64,000 nucleotides of DNA from Bacillota bacterium (lineage in GTDB: Bacteria > Bacillota > DTU030), in NCBI GenBank assembly GCA_012518435.1, contig JAAYSG010000025.1:7055-71054 (forward strand), written 5' to 3'. Under the pieces are notes generated by a model, which was not told the origin of the DNA, did no database searches, and was given only the letters and a program-made list of their open reading frames with translations. Numbering within the stretch: the first letter of the stretch is position 1; every line of letters starts with the position of its first letter. The translations under genes and the position numbers were made by a program. This document shows positions 28,930 to 38,111 of the stretch, piece by piece.

Positions 28930-29634
28930 TCAAAGCCCTTGGACAAAACGAAAGAGATCATCCATATGGCCCTGAAATTCAGTAAGGGGAACTTCACCGG
29001 TGCGATTAATCAATTGGTCCCGGAGGAGAAATGTTTTAATTCCCAATTTTCGGGCACTGAGGTCCTCTTGTACATCATTACCTATCATAAGGCAGTCCGA
29101 AGCCTTGCGCCCCAGACGGGAAAGGATCTCCGCATAATATTCCGTGTGGGGTTTGCAAAAATGCATTATCTCATAGCTAGTAACTAACCGGTAGGAAAAA
29201 TCTCCAAGGTCCGCCCAATTTAACCGGTGTTCCACGGCCAAACGAGGAAAAACCGGATTTGTGGCTATCACAACCTCTAAGCCCTTATCAAAGGCACACT
29301 GGATAGTCTTCCTTGCCAAGGGCTTGGTCCGAGAATGGACTGCCAGCTTGGCAAAATCCTTCTCATAAAAATCGACTAAAAGCGGCAGCAAGACTTCTTC
29401 GGACAGAGGAATCCGGGGAATAAAGTCTGCCATAAAGGCTTCTTCATTAGTTACCCCCGGGTCCTTATTCCCAATCATGGCCTCAGTGCTGGCCAATAAA
29501 CTATGGATAAATCTCTCCGGCTCCATAATACCCTCAAAACGTCGGGTAAGGGCGCGGAAGTAAATAGGGAGAAATACATCCATATCCAAGTCCAGAAGTG
29601 TTCCATCCAAATCAAAGAGTAGCGTCTGAAACAT
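28930..29634 (-). CDS. HAD-superfamily hydrolase (subfamily IA)
   Basis: LLFDLDGTLLD motif I. Confidence 0.7.
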   Translation of the reverse strand: MFQTLLFDLDGTLLDLDMDVFLPIYFRALTRRFEGIMEPERFIHSLLASTEAMIGNKDPGVTNEEAFMADFIPRIPLSEEVLLPLLVDFYEKDFAKLAVHSRTKPLARKTIQCAFDKGLEVVIATNPVFPRLAVEHRLNWADLGDFSYRLVTSYEIMHFCKPHTEYYAEILSRLGRKASDCLMIGNDVQEDLSARKLGIKTFLLRDQLINRTGEVPLTEFQGHMDDLFRFVQGL

Positions 29635-29678
29635 AATGAGCCCCCTTTACCGATAAAGATCCCTTCCTTATTACAAGG

Positions 29679-29981
29679 TTAAATTACCTGCACCGAATAA
29701 TCAATTACTTCCACATCTGGCAAGCGCTCTAAAAAACGAATAACACCCTGGAGGCTACGGCAAACATGCCCACCTTCATTACTCACCCAGGCAAATCCCA
29801 AGGTAAGTTGCCGCCATTCATCCTGGTTGCTTATTTCCGCAGCGGAAACATTGTAGCGAGAACGGATCCTATCCAGGATACTTCTCACAACCCGTCTCTT
29901 ATCCTTTAGGGAATTGGATCCGGGGATATATAAATCCACAATGGCTGTTCCTATAACCAACCAACCTTCACCCCCCAGCAA
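29679..29981 (-). CDS. DUF503 family protein
   Basis: About 95 aa; pattern IGTAIVDLYIPGSNSLKDKRRVVRSILDRIRSRYNVSAAE typical of DUF503. Confidence 0.6.
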   Translation of the reverse strand: MLGGEGWLVIGTAIVDLYIPGSNSLKDKRRVVRSILDRIRSRYNVSAAEISNQDEWRQLTLGFAWVSNEGGHVCRSLQGVIRFLERLPDVEVIDYSVQVI

Positions 29982-29991
29982 TATTATCCCC

Positions 29992-30798
29992 TCAGCTACA
30001 ATAGATCAAAACCGCTGCTATCCCTCCCATGGCCGAGGCAAACAGGTTGACAATATCATTATCAAGCCACCTAAATCCCCGCAAGTACAAAGTTTCCCGG
30101 CCACAATGCCTCCTATTTTCCGTTTCAACGCCACATATGGGACATTGAAAGATAACTTGGCAGGTTGCACCCAAAAGGCTATCACAAAAACAGCCCACAA
30201 CCCCACCCACCAAGGCGGCCAGTAGAGGTCTACCCAGGAACTGTGTTGTTTCGCCGGAGAACAATAAGCCCATTTGGGCCACAAGGCCCACCAGCAGTGC
30301 CCCTATGGCTGCCGCCCCTGTTCCCAAAAGGGACACACCGCCACTGGTTCCCGGCGGCACCTCATGCCAGGATAACAAGGAGCGGGGATTTTTTTTACTC
30401 AACACCCCAATTTCAGTCGCCCAGGTATCGGCGTTGACAGTAGCCATTACCCCCAAAAACAAACCAAAGGCCACTTCAAGGGGGATAATAATATGGGAAA
30501 GCACTGCCAGCAGGCTTCCCAGGCCCCCATTGGCCAGGGCCTGTCCAAAATCACGTTTACCGGTTTTGGCAAATTTCGCCGCCACCTCTCCCTTTTGTTC
30601 CTTTTTAAAATGGGAGAGGACACTGCCCGAAATAAAAAAAACCATAAGGAGAATAAACCAAAGGGTTCCACCGAAACCCATAATTAGGGTGCCAACCAGT
30701 ACCGCACCCCAAAAACCGCTCTTTGATAAGGAGGCCTTTTGGTATCCCACCCAGGCCACCAGCGAACTTGCCCCAAGACCACACAAAAGTAAATGCAT
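29992..30798 (-). CDS. DUF92/TIGR00297 integral membrane protein (VTE6-like putative prenyl-phosphate kinase)
   Basis: 268 aa polytopic; C-terminal CxxCxVETENRRHCG zinc-ribbon-like segment as in TIGR00297 members. Confidence 0.55.
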   Translation of the reverse strand: MHLLLCGLGASSLVAWVGYQKASLSKSGFWGAVLVGTLIMGFGGTLWFILLMVFFISGSVLSHFKKEQKGEVAAKFAKTGKRDFGQALANGGLGSLLAVLSHIIIPLEVAFGLFLGVMATVNADTWATEIGVLSKKNPRSLLSWHEVPPGTSGGVSLLGTGAAAIGALLVGLVAQMGLLFSGETTQFLGRPLLAALVGGVVGCFCDSLLGATCQVIFQCPICGVETENRRHCGRETLYLRGFRWLDNDIVNLFASAMGGIAAVLIYCS

Positions 30799-30835
30799 TG
30801 TATTCCCTCACTTCCAGATGGATCAACGTATAGTT

Positions 30836-31492
30836 CTAGATAAAAAGTGCAACCGCAGAGGTAAGCAGAGGCACCAAAATATTGTCCAAGCCTGCGCCGG
30901 AAATTGCCTCTACACCAGTGGCAATTAATGCCAAAAGAAGGCTCCGTGTCACAAGGCCTTCTAGCCCCGGGGGGCCAAACAAAGCCAAAAAGAAGGTGAT
31001 AGCTAAAAAGGAAAAGGCGAACATAGCTAAGGAGCCCTCAACACTCTTTCTGTTGCCAAATATGCTGTAGAGCCGCCTCCCCCATTTTTGCCCAATAACA
31101 GCGGCAAAACCATCCCCCCAGGTCATGGCCATAATCCCAATTCCGCCCAAATAGGGTGCATGATCCCAGGATAACCAGACCAAAATACTAAGGGAAATGG
31201 GGAAATATATTGTCCCCAGGTTGCTCTTTTCCTCCAGCTCCATGGATTTGAAAACGTTCAGGCGGTAGGAAATATAATTTAGGACAATAAAAGTCACCGG
31301 TGGTAGAAGGGCAAAAACCTTATTTGTGAAAAAAAGAAGGGCCAATATGTACCAGTTTCCCACCCCTATATGGACAAACTTACGCGTAAATTCCGCCGAC
31401 AATTTCCAAACCTTTCTTATGCCCTCCCCCAAAAACAAAACAGCAAAAACATAAACATAAGAAACCAGTAACCCCAGATAGTTATTGTACAT
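30836..31492 (-). CDS. CTP_transf_1-family (dolichol/phytol kinase-like) membrane prenol kinase
   Basis: 218 aa polytopic; FVHIGVGNWY and WGDGFAAVIGQKWGRR motifs resembling CTP-dependent polyprenol kinases. Confidence 0.5.
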   Translation of the reverse strand: MYNNYLGLLVSYVYVFAVLFLGEGIRKVWKLSAEFTRKFVHIGVGNWYILALLFFTNKVFALLPPVTFIVLNYISYRLNVFKSMELEEKSNLGTIYFPISLSILVWLSWDHAPYLGGIGIMAMTWGDGFAAVIGQKWGRRLYSIFGNRKSVEGSLAMFAFSFLAITFFLALFGPPGLEGLVTRSLLLALIATGVEAISGAGLDNILVPLLTSAVALFI

Positions 31493-31546
31493 ATACTTAT
31501 TCCCCTCTCCCCTTTGGCAAAATACTAACAGATCCCTCTGGGGTTG

Positions 31547-32662
31547 TTAGGGAGAAATCCCGGAAAACCCCTTTAGGGCAGAACGAATCTCCTCCTTTAC
31601 TAGGGGGTCCGATTCATTGGCAGCGCCACCCTCCAACACTTGTAGGGCTCGCTTGTTTTTCAGTCGACCCAGCGCCCAGGCGGCATGCCCCCTAATAAGG
31701 GGCCGGGGATCACAAAAGGATTCCTTGAGGGTGGCAAGCAAATCGGGTTCACCAATGTTTCCCAAAACCAATAAGGCATTGCGTTGTAAAAGAGTTCTCC
31801 CCCCCCAGCCGGCGGCATTGCCAGTATATAAGGCTTTAAACCCTTGCTTATCAAGGCTGAGAAGCTTGACCAAATCCGGCCAGTGCCCCTGCCCCCGGGG
31901 GAAAAATTCCCCATGTGGTGTTATGGGGGCCCGGTAATTGTGGGGGCAAACCTCCTGGCAAGTGTCACAACCATAGAGCCTTAGCCCCAGCATAGATCTC
32001 ATCTCTGGGGGGAAATAGCCCCTCCTTTGGGTAAGGTAGGACAAACAACGTTGGGAATCCAGTATCCCCGGGGCAATTAAGGCCCCGGTAGGGCAGGCCC
32101 TGAGGCAAAGATCACAGGTGCCACATTCCCTTTGCTCAAAAACAGAAGGGGAAAACCCAATCGTTGTCAAAAGCCCACCCAGCACAAGATAGGAACCCAG
32201 TTCAGTGATAAGAAGGGTATTTTTACCAAACCAACCCAGTCCCGCCCGGCTGGCAACTTCCTTATCCAGAAAGGGACCGGTGTCAACAAAGGCCAGACTT
32301 TGGGAGTTGGGAGCCTCCCGCCGAAGAAACCTTTGCAACAGGTCTAATTTTAAACCCAAGACTTTATGATAGTCTTGGCCCCAGGAAAAGCGGGCCATAT
32401 AACCCCTATATCCCTCGGGGCGAGGTAAGTGGCCCTGATAGTAGGATAAAGCCACAGCAACAAAACTCTTGGCCCCGGGCAGAACCCGGGAGGGGTGGCA
32501 GGCCAGGTCAATATTTGCCGGGGCAAAGGGGTTATACAGTCCCCGTCGGCGCCGTTCCCACAGCACTTCCTGTGCCGAAGTAAAGGGTTGGACCCCGGCT
32601 AGGCCTATAAGTTCTAGACCAATCTCCCGGGCATAACACTGGAGCCTTTTTGTGAGATTCAC
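31547..32662 (-). CDS. queG: epoxyqueuosine reductase QueG
   Basis: Two 4Fe-4S motifs CGTCDLCLRACPTGAL and CDTCQEVCPHN plus C-terminal HEAT-like segment; GTG start overlaps nth stop (GTGA). Confidence 0.75.
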   Translation of the reverse strand: MNLTKRLQCYAREIGLELIGLAGVQPFTSAQEVLWERRRRGLYNPFAPANIDLACHPSRVLPGAKSFVAVALSYYQGHLPRPEGYRGYMARFSWGQDYHKVLGLKLDLLQRFLRREAPNSQSLAFVDTGPFLDKEVASRAGLGWFGKNTLLITELGSYLVLGGLLTTIGFSPSVFEQRECGTCDLCLRACPTGALIAPGILDSQRCLSYLTQRRGYFPPEMRSMLGLRLYGCDTCQEVCPHNYRAPITPHGEFFPRGQGHWPDLVKLLSLDKQGFKALYTGNAAGWGGRTLLQRNALLVLGNIGEPDLLATLKESFCDPRPLIRGHAAWALGRLKNKRALQVLEGGAANESDPLVKEEIRSALKGFSGISP

Positions 32663-33318
32663 GCCCCTTCCTCCCCACACACAAGCACCCGTCGGCAATG
32701 CTCCCGCAGGATGCACACTTCACAGCGGGGTTTACGGGCCCGGCATACCCGACGGCCGTGCCTAATAAGCCATTGGTGGGCCTGGGTCCATTTTTCCCGG
32801 GGGATAAGCTGCAATAGCTGCCGTTCCGTCGCCAAGGGTGTCTTCCCATCGGCCAGGCCCAAACGGTGGCTAACCCTGTAAACATGGGTGTCAACCGCCA
32901 GGGCATCTTGTCCAAAGGCATGGCTAAGGATTACATTGGCCGACTTTCTCCCCACCCCCGGAAGGGACATCAATTCTTCCCGGGTGGAAGGAACCCGACA
33001 TTCATAATCCCGCAGCAGGATACTGGCGGTTTTTCGTATGTTTTTTGCCTTATTCCGGAACAAACCACATTCCCTGATCTCCTCTTCCAACTCCTCCTGG
33101 CCAAGGGCGGCGAAGTCTTCCGGTGTTTTATAGTTTGCAAATAACCTTTTTGTCACCCGGTTAACCCGCACATCGGTACACTGGGCCGACAAGATAACAG
33201 CAATAAGAAGCTGAAAGGGATTTTCGAAGCGTAAACCCGATTCTAGCTGACCATATTCCCGCTCTAGTATTTTCAGTATGACCCCAACCCTGGCCTTTTT
33301 ACCTTCCAATTGCTTCAC
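32659..33318 (-). CDS. nth: endonuclease III
   Basis: HhH-GPD (LPGVGRKSANVIL) and 4Fe-4S loop CRARKPRCEVCILREHC. Confidence 0.85.
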   Translation of the reverse strand: MKQLEGKKARVGVILKILEREYGQLESGLRFENPFQLLIAVILSAQCTDVRVNRVTKRLFANYKTPEDFAALGQEELEEEIRECGLFRNKAKNIRKTASILLRDYECRVPSTREELMSLPGVGRKSANVILSHAFGQDALAVDTHVYRVSHRLGLADGKTPLATERQLLQLIPREKWTQAHQWLIRHGRRVCRARKPRCEVCILREHCRRVLVCGEEGA

Positions 33319-33336
33319 TCCATCCCACGGAAAAAA

Positions 33337-34002
33337 TTAAAAGGTAGCCCCCTTTGACAAACCGGAGGTTTTGCTCACAGCCAGAACAAAAATAATTCCC
33401 CCGCCCGGTTTATCTATCCCTACCTTATTTTTCACAGATTCAACAATGGCTGCAGTGCTTTCCCTTTTCACAACCAGCATTACTATTTCCTTTTCCGGCT
33501 CTATGTGTATCCCAAAAAATTTACTATCCTCATGGGCTCCAGAGCCCCTGGCATTGATGATTGTGGCTCCGGGGGCACCGGCATCTTTAGCCGCATCCAC
33601 AACCTCATCCGCCATCCCCCGGTCTATTATGGTGAAAATCACCTCATACTCCATCTTTGCTTTAACCCCCATTCTGGGCCTTGGTGAAGGATCATAATTG
33701 CCAACAATTACTTTTTTCACAGGCAGAGAAAACATTATACCATAATTTGGTTTATTCATTTGGAATTTTTCCGCCAGCGAGGCATGGATCTTGTCCTCCA
33801 GCCCCGCACCAGAAAGCATAATTATTATTTCCTTCTTCACCTCATCAAAGCCCAACAGTTCCAAAATGCGGTTGCGGACTGTCCCTTTGCCTAGAAAAAT
33901 TGTCCCCCCTGTAACACCAACTTTTTTGGCTTCCTGGAGTACATCTGTCCCCTTGCCCGTATTAACAACAACAAATGTAACAATATCCTCCACCGGGTTC
34001 AT
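33337..34002 (-). CDS. tandem PII-like (GlnB-fold) domain protein
   Basis: Two repeats VTFVVVNTGKGTDVLQEAKKVGVTGGTIFLGKG and YEVIFTIIDRGMADEVVDAAKDAGAPGATIINARG resembling PII/DUF190-type domains. Confidence 0.5.
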   Translation of the reverse strand: MNPVEDIVTFVVVNTGKGTDVLQEAKKVGVTGGTIFLGKGTVRNRILELLGFDEVKKEIIIMLSGAGLEDKIHASLAEKFQMNKPNYGIMFSLPVKKVIVGNYDPSPRPRMGVKAKMEYEVIFTIIDRGMADEVVDAAKDAGAPGATIINARGSGAHEDSKFFGIHIEPEKEIVMLVVKRESTAAIVESVKNKVGIDKPGGGIIFVLAVSKTSGLSKGATF

Positions 34003-34474
34003 CCCCTCTTTTTTTATTAACATCTGCCTCAGATAAGATCCCCATCTGGGATAGACCAACTACCCACTTTAACCCTTGTACTCACTAAACAATTCACCCC
34101 TCAGCCGGTAATTCCTTCTTTTAAAGCCAAGGACGGTAATTTATCGAAAGCGGGTAAATATAGAAGAACTCCCCATTGGAAGCAAAGTATTTACCCCACC
34201 ATATTCACGACTCAACCCCCTCCCGCATATTATTATGATAGGATTTTCATAGAGGAGATGTATCCTCCCCAGCGTATTAGTCATATTATGAGTTAGTATT
34301 TATATTGCTATGAAACATATTGGTATGCCAGATAGAATCCTTGAATAATTAATAACGAAGAAAGAATATACCAATGCTCCCCAAGGTAGTAACAGGCAAA
34401 AATAGGTATTAATGAAAGGGGGATGGGGGTTGGATTTACTGTTGTAATTTCAAACAGAGAAAGGAGGTTCCAAA

Positions 34475-35842
34475 ATGCTTACACTATGCCATTGGATCTA
34501 CATTCTAGTTGTTTTGGCGGTTATCCTGGCCATGATCCTTCGTAGGGATGTTGTCATGATATGTTTAATAGGCACCTTCCTGATAGGCTTTATTTACACA
34601 GGTTCCATTATAACTGGTCTGCAGGCATTATTCCACTCCCTTATGACCGGGGGAACAGAGATATTCGATGTAATGCTAATCATCGCCATCATGGTGGCCA
34701 TGTTAAAGTCTTTGGAGGTCATGGGGGCGGACAAAATTATGTTATCTCCCGTCAGACGTTTCATGACAACACCCACGACAACCTTTTTTACCCTTGGCCT
34801 TGCAATGTATGTGGCCGCCTTATTTTTCTGGCCCACACCAGCCACCGCCTTGGTTGGAGCAGTTCTGATCCCGGTTGCCATCGAAGCTGGCCTACCCGCC
34901 ATGTATGCGGCAATGGCCGTCAATATTTTCGGCCATGGGATGGGGCTTTCGGGGGACCTTGTTTTGCAGGGAGCACCCCAGCTTGCAGCCAAATCGGCGG
35001 GAGTTGATGTGGCATTGGTCCTGACAAAGGGTGCACTACTTTCCATCATTTCCGGGGTTGTGGCCATCATCATAGCCTATATTATGATGAGAAAGAGCCT
35101 GGGCAAAAACCCGCTGGTAACAAACAAAGGAAATAAAGCCCAATATGCAAAGGCCGATAAGGGAGAAAACCCCTTGGCCAGGGCCTTTGGTCGAATTGTA
35201 CCCTTTATTCTTTTGGTTGTCATTGTGATCATGGTTGTAAACAAGATAAAAGGTGGCGATGCAACAGCACTTCTGGGTGGAATCGGTGGAGCAATTTTAA
35301 TCGCGGCAACAATTGCAGTGGAAAAGAATAAATCTCTGGAAAGGATTGTCGATCACCTTAGGGAGGGTTTTACCTTCGCCATCAAAATTTTTGCCCCCGT
35401 CATACCCATAGCAGGGTTTTTCTTTCTGGGCGGTTCAGAATCAGCCATGATTTTGGGTGAAGGGGCACCACAGCTACTATTTGATATTGGTGAAACGGTG
35501 GCCCGGATTTTACCCTTAAATAAAATAGCCTTGGGTTTTGGTAATATGATAATCGGTGTCATTACCGGCCTTGACGGCTCTGGCTTTTCCGGGATCCCCC
35601 TGGTGGGCGGCCTAGCCCGGGCCCTGGGGGGCCCTGTGGGTGCCCATGTTCCTACCTTGGCGGCCATCGGCCAGGTGGGTGCAGTTTGGTCCGGGGGGGG
35701 GACCATCGTAGCCTGGTGCTTTGGCCTGGCCGCAACAGCCGGTGTCGCTGGGGTATCACCACTGGAGTTGGCCCGGAAGAATTTCATTCCCGTAATGGCC
35801 GGTCTGGTTGTTGCCACAATTGTGGGTATAATTATTATGTAA
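34475..35842 (+). CDS. polytopic permease (ion-transporter-superfamily-like), family uncertain
   Basis: 455 aa, about 12 TM; AGGAGG RBS; first gene of the hydrolase island. Confidence 0.55.
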   Translation: MLTLCHWIYILVVLAVILAMILRRDVVMICLIGTFLIGFIYTGSIITGLQALFHSLMTGGTEIFDVMLIIAIMVAMLKSLEVMGADKIMLSPVRRFMTTPTTTFFTLGLAMYVAALFFWPTPATALVGAVLIPVAIEAGLPAMYAAMAVNIFGHGMGLSGDLVLQGAPQLAAKSAGVDVALVLTKGALLSIISGVVAIIIAYIMMRKSLGKNPLVTNKGNKAQYAKADKGENPLARAFGRIVPFILLVVIVIMVVNKIKGGDATALLGGIGGAILIAATIAVEKNKSLERIVDHLREGFTFAIKIFAPVIPIAGFFFLGGSESAMILGEGAPQLLFDIGETVARILPLNKIALGFGNMIIGVITGLDGSGFSGIPLVGGLARALGGPVGAHVPTLAAIGQVGAVWSGGGTIVAWCFGLAATAGVAGVSPLELARKNFIPVMAGLVVATIVGIIIM

Positions 35843-35935
35843 TTGGGCCAGATTTTACAAGCCCTTCCGGAAATACAATCATTTCCTTCTAGCCCCGGTA
35901 AAAAACACCTTTCCCTGCTGGATAGCTAAAGCCTT

Positions 35936-35970
35936 GGAGGCCCATGGCCAATACCCAGGGCTTTTTTCTG
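35936..35970 (+). terminator. probable Rho-independent terminator after permease gene
   Basis: GC-rich imperfect hairpin GCCCATGG...CCCAGGGC followed by TTTTTT. Confidence 0.45.
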
Positions 35971-36239
35971 TCTTGCCCCCTGGGCCACTTCAATTTCCCT
36001 CCCTCCCCGAGCGGATTCACACCCATTACCAGTCCGCAATGACCGGGTCAAATATAAAAGACAAAGGCCCATTGCCCTTATGGGGAAAAAATTAATTTAA
36101 ACCCACAAAGCCCCAAATTTGGGCAGGATATTTGCAATAGTTGGCGAATTAACTTATTTATATATCCAGTTCTTGCTTTTTGCCGGCGGGAAAAGTAGGT
36201 TGTGGTCGAAGGTTCGGTAACAGAACATGGGAGGTTATT

Positions 36240-36593
36240 ATGAGTAAAGTTCTTGTGGCATTTGAAGTAACCTTAACTCCTAAAGGTAAGGAAGAATATT
36301 TGGCAGCCGTGGAAAAGATTAAACCATTGGTTGCAGATTTGGCCGGTTATGAAAGGGGGGAACGCTTTCAGAGTATCGCTGAGGGCAACAAATTACTTTC
36401 CCTTCATGTATGGGAAAATGAAGAGGCCGTTGCCAAATGGAGAAACCAGACTGAACACCGTTTGGCCCAAATGGCAGGAAGGGAAAAAATGTTTTCCAGC
36501 TACAGGATTACAGTAGGGCATGTGGTGAGGGAATACACCGATACCAATAGAAGCCAAGCACCGGCTGATTCCAACCAATATTTAATTCGTTAG
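36240..36593 (+). CDS. ABM (antibiotic biosynthesis monooxygenase-like) domain protein, copy 1
   Basis: 117 aa; ABM-like ferredoxin-fold pattern LSLHVWENEEAVAKWRNQTEHR; RBS GGGAGG. Confidence 0.6.
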   Translation: MSKVLVAFEVTLTPKGKEEYLAAVEKIKPLVADLAGYERGERFQSIAEGNKLLSLHVWENEEAVAKWRNQTEHRLAQMAGREKMFSSYRITVGHVVREYTDTNRSQAPADSNQYLIR

Positions 36594-36734
36594 GGCAACT
36601 AGGGCCCTCTTTTTGTTTGCCACTTTTGCCCATAATTGCCCCGGTGTCACCCCGGGCAATGCTAAAGGGATAAGTGGGTATTTGCCAACAAAGGCAATGT
36701 TTTTACAACAAATTATTTCCGGGAGGTAATATAT

Positions 36735-37901
36735 ATGAAAGTTCGTGATCAGGCAGCAAGGATCCAGCCCCAACTTGTAGAGCTAAGACGACATTTCCAC
36801 ATGTATCCGGAGCCAAGTTTGGAAGAAGTAAACACCAGCCAAAGGATCGCCCAGGAACTTTCGAAATTGGGAATCTCTGTAGAGCGCTTGACAGAAACTG
36901 GCCTGGTCGGTACCTTACAGGGTAGTAAACCGGGTAAAACAGTGGCCCTAAGGGCTGATATTGATGCCCTATCAATTGAAGAGGAAACCGGCCTTCCCTT
37001 TGCCTCGAAAAACAAAGGCTACATGCATGCCTGTGGCCACGACTGCCATATCACCTGTCTCCTAGGTGCTGCCATGATCTTGGCAGAATTAAAGGATGAA
37101 ATTGCCGGAACGGTAAAATTCTTCTTCCAACCCGCCGAGGAATTGGCCCAGGGGGCAAAGGCAATGGTTGCCGCAGGAGCCATGGATGGTGTGGATGCTG
37201 TTTTTGGTATGCATGTCCTGGGTGAATTGGAGGCGGGTACGGTAAATATAGCCCCAGGGCCTCGCATGGCTTCCGCTGATATGTTTGAAATTAAAGTGGA
37301 GGGTAAAGGTGGCCACGGTTCTGCACCACATCAAGGGGTAGATGCCCTTCTGGTGGGTTCAGCCATGATTATGAATTTACAATCCATTGTGAGCCGGGAG
37401 TTCAATCCCCTGGAGCCTGTGGTAGTCCATGTGGGAAAATTGGTATCCGGCGATCGCTTTAACATCATTGCCAGCCGGGCCACCCTGGAGGGGGCAAACC
37501 GGACCTTTGACCCCGAAATAAGAAAACAGTTACCAGAGGTCATGGAGCGGATTATCAAAAATACCGCGGCTGCCTACCGGGCCACGGCCAGCTTAGAGTA
37601 TAACTGGGGTTGCCCTCCCCTTATTAATGATGAGGCCATTACTGAAATTGCCCAAGGAGCCCTTAAAAAACTCTACGGTGAGGAAAGCCTGGTCAGCATG
37701 CCGCCCATGACTGGCAGCGAAGATTTCCCCTTCTTTGCCGAAAAAGCCCCCGGGGCCTTCGCCTACTTGGGTGTTGGCAATGCAAAAAAGGGCATCAGCT
37801 GGCCCCTACACCATTCCCACTTTGATGTGGATGAGAGTGCATTAAAGATTGGCGCGGCACTCCACGCCCAATTTGCCTTGGACTACCTTACAGCAAAATA
37901 A
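36735..37901 (+). CDS. M20D-family amidohydrolase (hippurate hydrolase / N-acyl-amino-acid amidohydrolase type), copy 1
   Basis: 388 aa; metal-binding MHACGHDCH, QPAEE, GGHGS motifs. Confidence 0.8.
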   Translation: MKVRDQAARIQPQLVELRRHFHMYPEPSLEEVNTSQRIAQELSKLGISVERLTETGLVGTLQGSKPGKTVALRADIDALSIEEETGLPFASKNKGYMHACGHDCHITCLLGAAMILAELKDEIAGTVKFFFQPAEELAQGAKAMVAAGAMDGVDAVFGMHVLGELEAGTVNIAPGPRMASADMFEIKVEGKGGHGSAPHQGVDALLVGSAMIMNLQSIVSREFNPLEPVVVHVGKLVSGDRFNIIASRATLEGANRTFDPEIRKQLPEVMERIIKNTAAAYRATASLEYNWGCPPLINDEAITEIAQGALKKLYGEESLVSMPPMTGSEDFPFFAEKAPGAFAYLGVGNAKKGISWPLHHSHFDVDESALKIGAALHAQFALDYLTAK

Positions 37902-37943
37902 TGTGTACCATATTTCCCTACAGCGGTGTTTTCTGCCACCTTC

Positions 37944-37977
37944 CTGCCACAAATAAATATATATTTATTTGTGGCAG
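37944..37977. promoter_or_regulatory. perfect 34-bp palindrome (17-bp arms) between M20 gene and permease-2 gene
   Basis: CTGCCACAAATAAATAT/ATATTTATTTGTGGCAG; candidate operator or bidirectional terminator. Confidence 0.5.
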
Positions 37978-38111
37978 GATAAAGGCATTTTGAGTCGAAT
38001 ATTTAAGGTTAAGTTATTGTCTTTATAATTTCCGATAAGGGGGGGAAGGAGCAAGGGGCCTTTAAATTATGCAACTGCTAGCCAACAACACAAAATAGGA
38101 GGTATGTACCT

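Noticed and set aside
36749-37558. Minus-strand ORFs (75-90 aa) inside M20D copy 1, and the equivalent 42979-43818 ORFs inside copy 2
   Set aside because: They are antisense to strongly supported amidohydrolase genes. They are conserved only because the sense strand is duplicated.
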